A DNA stretch of 64,000 bases from the human T2T-CHM13v2.0 reference genome, Homo sapiens. Positions 58,271 through 64,000 of the stretch are shown piece by piece. Every line of letters begins with the position of its first letter. Positions within the stretch are counted from its first letter, which is position 1. Below the pieces are notes generated by a model. The model searched no databases, was not told the origin of the DNA, and saw nothing but the letters and a program-made list of their open reading frames with translations. The stretch is from the NCBI RefSeq assembly GCF_009914755.1, contig NC_060926.1. One strand, given 5' to 3'. Both the position numbers and the translations under genes were made by a program.

Positions 58271-60430
58271 TGATTTCATGTATGATGTAGAAGCCAACAA
58301 GGTAATATATAATCTGAGGAAATAGATATATTCCTCAGATACATAATAGACATATTCTATTTTTATTTCTATATGTCTTCAAGGCTCCATCTAATTTTCT
58401 AGGTTCACATTTAGAAAAAAAAATGGAGTTTTAATAGGCCTAAAACATTACATGGACGTGGTGAGACCTATCATTTGCGTATGAAAATAGGAGATTCTGC
58501 ATAGTGGTCAGTATTCTAAATGTTAGTTTTAAAAATTGTGCAAATACAGGTTGAGTGGTTGATCGTTTCCAGAGCTCTGTGGAAGTTCGATATTAGAGAA
58601 CATGAGGTCACGTATCAATATTAGCTTTTCTACATCTAGCTTTGGGTAAAGTATGTGTAGTACACATTTGTTTTGAGTAAAATTGTGAAACAGGACAGTT
58701 GTGGGCCTCTATGTCGAGGAACAGGCCTTAATCATGTTACTTAGGAAGTCTACTGGCACCTGCATTTTTGTAAAATGGAGAAATCCATTTTTGGCATGAC
58801 TCCCAATGTGAAAGTTACTCTTTTCATCCAAAGGGGTAGAATACAACCCATCCATAGTCGTAGATGAGGTCAGAATTCAGTGCAAAGGACAGAGCCAGAC
58901 ATGGCTGAGGACCAGAGAACACTGAACTTTTCCTAATCTGTAGCTGTAGTTCTCTGTAGATAAAAGGGATCTCTGCCCCAGTAATGTGCAACTTGCTGAG
59001 GGTAGTCAAGGAAAGCAAAGACCACTTAGGAATATCATTGTCAAACAGCTGTATATTTAACATGAACTTTGAGCAGTCTCATAAGCAGAGCCTGAAAAAT
59101 TCTGCAAATGGAAATATCAGCTCTGGTATAGAGATCCCAACATAAATCACTGGGTAGAAACAGTATGAAACCTATCAACAAGGATCAGTGAATCGAGGTA
59201 TTTCAGGAGAAGAGAGCTCTGGCCTGGACAGGTCTGCTCAGCCTTCTTTGATTACATGTTTTCAGTAATTTATTAGTGAGGGAGAATTGGAGGTTAATAT
59301 TTGAATCTACTCTATATCATTTATGGTTTGCTAGGTAGAACAATGCTAAAATGAACTGTATAATTACTGTACCATAATTTTCATTTTGTATTTCAGAATT
59401 TCTCATTCTTAACGAATCCTTGTGTAGTCATCATAAAGACTCAAGTTAAAGAACCTTCTATTGCCTTGGATTGATATTTGCATTGACATGAGTCCACTGG
59501 ATTGTTATAGTCAAAATTCCAAGGACCAGAGTAGGCAGACTAGGGAAGTAGGACTCCTTAAGGAGGGTTGCCTCACATGAGGCTTTTTTTTTCTTTTAGA
59601 ATAGTATTCACATTATATAAGCAAATTTAAAAAACTGCCATGTAATGAGTCACAGACACTAAGCATGGTGCTTGGTGTCTTGCTTTCCAAAACTTATATT
59701 TTATTTCCATTCTTTTATTTAAATTATTTAGTGGGTGTTCAATAATTCTGGCTAGAAAGACAAAATATGTTCTTGCTTTATGACACAAGTGTTAGCAGAG
59801 AGAGAAGTGTTCCTTGGAGTTGTGCAGTTTGGTGATGTAGGAATTGACGAGGAAAAAGAACAAGGTGAATCACACCTCAGCTACTAGATTAATGCACCAC
59901 ATTAAATGTTACTATTCAGGAAGGCAGTTACCAAGAAGCTTCCATGGTAACTGTTGTCATAGTTGTATTTTTACTCATCTTTCAAAAAATATATGAAAGT
60001 GAAATAATACTGCTGTAGTGATACTTGTGCTGCTTTACCCATTTTAAATAGCAAGTGCTCCAAAGGCTTGTAATTCAGTCTTTCTCCTTAGTTGGCATTG
60101 CCAGTTTAATATCCAGCAAACATTAATCACTAACAGTAAATGTATAGAAGACGTTTCATATACATGTCCAAGGATGCTTTGTCAGTGAAAGTGTATTGTT
60201 ACAGAGTCCTCCAGGGTTGCTAAATAATCACTAGGGAAAATCTTAGTTTGACCTCCCCCATACCCACCATAAGATTAAATGTAGCTTCTCTTCTTTGGCT
60301 GGCCATGAAGAATTTTAAAAAGAAATATTTAGTGTGGCTAATGTGATTGACTGGAATATGTATTTGGATTATCAGTGCCTACTTCCTCTTTCTCTTCAGC
60401 GTCCATCTTTTGCATATTTAAGAGTACTTC

Positions 60431-60730
60431 GGCTGGGCGAAGTGGCTCATGCTTGTAATCCCAGTACCTTGGGAGGCCGAGGTGGGTGGATCACTTGAGG
60501 TCAGGAGTTCAAGACTAGCCTGGCCAATATGGTGAAACCCTGTCTTTACTAAAAAAAAAACAAAAATTAGCTGGGTGTATTGGCGCACACCTGTAGTCCC
60601 AGCTACTTGGGAGGCTGAGGCACGAGAATTGCTTGAACCCAGGAGGCGGAGGTTGTGGTGCTGAGATCATGTCACTGTGCTCCAGCCTGGATGACAAAGC
60701 AAGACTCCATCTCAGGGGAAAAAAAAAAAA
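60431..60730 (+). mobile_element. Alu (AluS)
   Basis: TSD AAGAGTACTTC (60420-60430) / AAGAGTACCTC (60731-60741). Confidence 0.94.
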
Positions 60731-61555
60731 AAGAGTACCTCAAACTGAGGTACATAAGAAAAGAGAGGAAGATGAATTTGGAATCTCTTTAAAATTGATT
60801 TATTTAGAAAAGAGCTCTTGTATAAGATTTGGTCAGAAGTTAAAATTGACAAATCCATAAATCCAAGCTTTCCTTTTTTCTGTACCATCAGATCGCATAA
60901 TCGAATATTGGCTAGATTTCTTTTAGAGTAGAAGTTCCATCTTTTTCGGCTAGGTTGGCACAGAGAACAAAGTCACACGGTGATCTGCTTCCTTTAAGTA
61001 GGAGATGTTCATCGTGGGTTGTGAGAAGAGTGTGCTTTGTTGATGCTTTGGTCTTGTTTCTGTAATAGCCTTCAAACGGTATGACTTAAGCTTCCTAATT
61101 TAAGGCCAAAAGATAGATTGATTAACATTTTCGGGCATGTATGTTTTCGGGCATTTTTCGGGCATGTATGTTTCCCCCCTACTTGTCATTCTTGTAAAAT
61201 GCTTTATTTTATGATAAACTGTCATGTTTAACTCACACCACAATCCACATTGCAGTATAACACTCCAGAATGGAAGGCATCTTGTGTTTTACTTTAAAAG
61301 CATGTTTCTTAAGCATTTATTTGTTAGCAAATACTTATTAACACTTTATAATTTCATTCTATTAAATAAATCCTAGAAGAGCTGTCTGAATTCTTTCTTT
61401 AAATGCGGAGAAAGTCTTCCTCATAAGCCATTCTCAGCTCTCTCCAGCCCCCAGCAGACTCACTCCACAAATTCAAATGCGCTTGTTGCCCTTACTCCAA
61501 ATTTGGTAATTAATCATGCTTATATTGTGTGTGGTATCTTTACAAATAATATTTA

Positions 61556-61676
61556 TGCCAGGGGTAGTGGCTCACACCTGTAATCTCAGCATTTTGGGTG
61601 GCTAAGATGGGAGGATTGCTTGAGGAGGCCAGGAGTTCAAGACCAGCTGGGGCAACACAGTGAGACCCATCTCTAA

Positions 61677-61726
<50 letters not shown>

Positions 61727-61744
61727 CAACAACAACAACAATAA
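61556..61744 (+). mobile_element. Left Alu monomer (FLAM-like) with (TAA)n(CAA)n tail
   Basis: Left arm only, followed by about 15 TAA and 6 CAA units (61679-61741). Confidence 0.85.
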
Positions 61745-61843
61745 CGATTCTTATTTAATTGACATATATTTTTCACTCTTTTCAGTTACTCATTTGATTT
61801 CCTTAACCATATTATAATCTTTTTGATCTAAGTGTTAATTCTC

Positions 61844-62170
61844 GGCCAGGCATGGTAGCTCACACCTATAATCCCAGCACTTTTTGGGAGATCAAGGCGG
61901 GTGAATTGTTGAGCCTAGGAGTTTGTGACCAGCCTGGACAGCATGGTGCGACCCCATCTCTATGAAAAAATAAATAAAAATATTAGCTGAGAGCAGTGGC
62001 ATGTACCTGTGGTCCCAGCTATTTGGGAGGCTGAGGTGGGAGGATTGCTTCAGCTAGGAGGTCAAGGCTGCAGTGAGTTGTGATTGCACCACTCCACACC
62101 AACTTGGGCAACAGAGTGAGACCCTGTCTCAAAAAAAAAAAAACAAAAAAAAAAAACCAGAAAAACAAAA
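61844..62170 (+). mobile_element. AluJ-like element
   Basis: GGAGGATTGCTTCAGCTAGGAGGTCAAGGCTGCAGTGAG (J-type right arm) and A-tail. Confidence 0.9.
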
Positions 62171-62705
62171 CTAACTCTCCTATACTAATCTGCTCTAGTA
62201 TCTTACATAAGGTAGGTATTTAATACAAATTGTTGCTGGTTAGCCCATAATACTATCAATTGGAACATGGTAGAAGAAAACATGATAATATTTTTCTCCT
62301 TCAAACTACCTGTTTAAATGCATCATGGCAAGAATGTTCAGCAAATTACCCTAATTTGCAGAACCGCCTTCATGTAGCATTTGCAGCTGTTTCACTTCTG
62401 TGGAAAATGATTCATATTATTTTGAAGACATGACAACTTGAACAAGGTCAAAGCATAATACATAATGGTAATTAGCAATAAAAATACAAAATTTGCAAAT
62501 TTTGCTGAGTGTAAATGCACATTGGAATTTGCTAGATGGTGGCTAACTATCCTGGGAGGGAACTTTAGGGTGGGGTTGATTGATACCCTTCCAAAATGTT
62601 ACTGTATTCTTTTTTCTCTTTTTCCTACTTTACTGTCTCCTTCCTAAATGACTGAGCTTTTTCACTGTGGCTGAGCTACATTGGTCACATTATTATTATT
62701 GCTAT

Positions 62706-63165
<460 letters not shown>

Positions 63166-64000
63166 TGATCTATGACCTTGGACAATAACATTAGTTAATC
63201 TGTCTCTGCCCTTTAAAAAAGTTTCTTTTCTATAAAAGGGTAATAAAAATGTCTGCTGTACCAATTGCATGGGGTGCTGTGTTCTAGATAGACATGACAG
63301 TACTTTGAGATGATTAAAATGTAAGAAATGTGAGGCATTATTATTTTTATCATAACACAAACCTGTGCAATCACCAGTGTATCAATTTAGAATGAGGGAT
63401 TAGAACAAAATTACAATTAAAAATGGTCTGTTGATATTTTCTTTTGGACTTCAAAACTTTTAAGATATATTTACATATTTGGATTTTTGCATTATACAGA
63501 AAAAGATTCACAAGCTGGACTTTCATGTTTCTCCAGCTACAGGATAGGTCCAAACTAGTCCTCTTTAGAAAAACCTCTGTGATTGAAAAGAAGTGACTTC
63601 TTTTCCTCAAACTTATTTCAATTTAAAGTTGACATTTTATTCTCATTGATATTTAATTATCTGGGATGCTGGATTCTGTGCCTACTGTTTTCGTATGAAA
63701 AGAAAAACATACCAAACAGCCACGCTGATGAAAGTCTTCCTGGTGAAGTGGACTCTTGTTCTCAGCAGCTCAACCCATGATGACAAAGGCAGGGTCCCTC
63801 TAGCATCAAATTAGCGAATTTTCCTCCTCCCATCTTGTTAGTTGGTGAATTTTCAAATCTGCCTTCTCTGAAACATTATAAAATGTCCTGAATCTCAAAA
63901 AAAGGTGATGTTTTATATTCTATGACCTTTCTCCACCATATTTGAAGATAATGGAGTGGAAACTCTTGAAGGGTCTATTGAAAAACTGTAAAGGTAAGGA

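Noticed and set aside
58312-58340. Inverted repeat ATCTGAGGAA / TTCCTCAGAT as a miRNA hairpin or terminator
   Set aside because: A 10-bp stem is too short for a pre-miRNA and could arise by chance in 64 kb.
63985-64000. AAG|GTAAGG donor as the end of an ADAM23 exon 3
   Set aside because: No upstream acceptor with an ADAM-prodomain-like reading frame was recognisable.

Overview
Human (primate) genomic DNA covering the 5' end of ADAM23 on the + strand. It has a CpG-island promoter (~30.9-32.3 kb), coding exon 1 (ATG 31972 to donor 32185), exon 2 (33411-33628), and then intron 2 to the end of the window. The rest is mostly transposon-derived: the 5' 4.3 kb of an L1PA element (minus strand, with an ORF0 remnant), a near-full-length HNRNPA1 processed pseudogene nested in an old MLT1/MaLR element, two LTR-internal-LTR MST-type MaLR elements, a MER21 LTR, many Alus (most with readable target-site duplications), DNA-transposon MITEs and microsatellites. 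I found no new multi-gene system. The most interesting signals are: (i) a uORF plus an out-of-frame upstream ATG 7 nt before the ADAM23 start, giving a 78-aa spliced overlapping ORF; (ii) a perfect 3x25-bp CpG-dense minisatellite in the promoter; (iii) an L1 antisense promoter/ORF0 pointing at ADAM23; and (iv) several local duplication or templated-insertion scars. Repeat family names come from recognising consensus sequences by eye, not from a database search, and repeat boundaries without TSDs are approximate.
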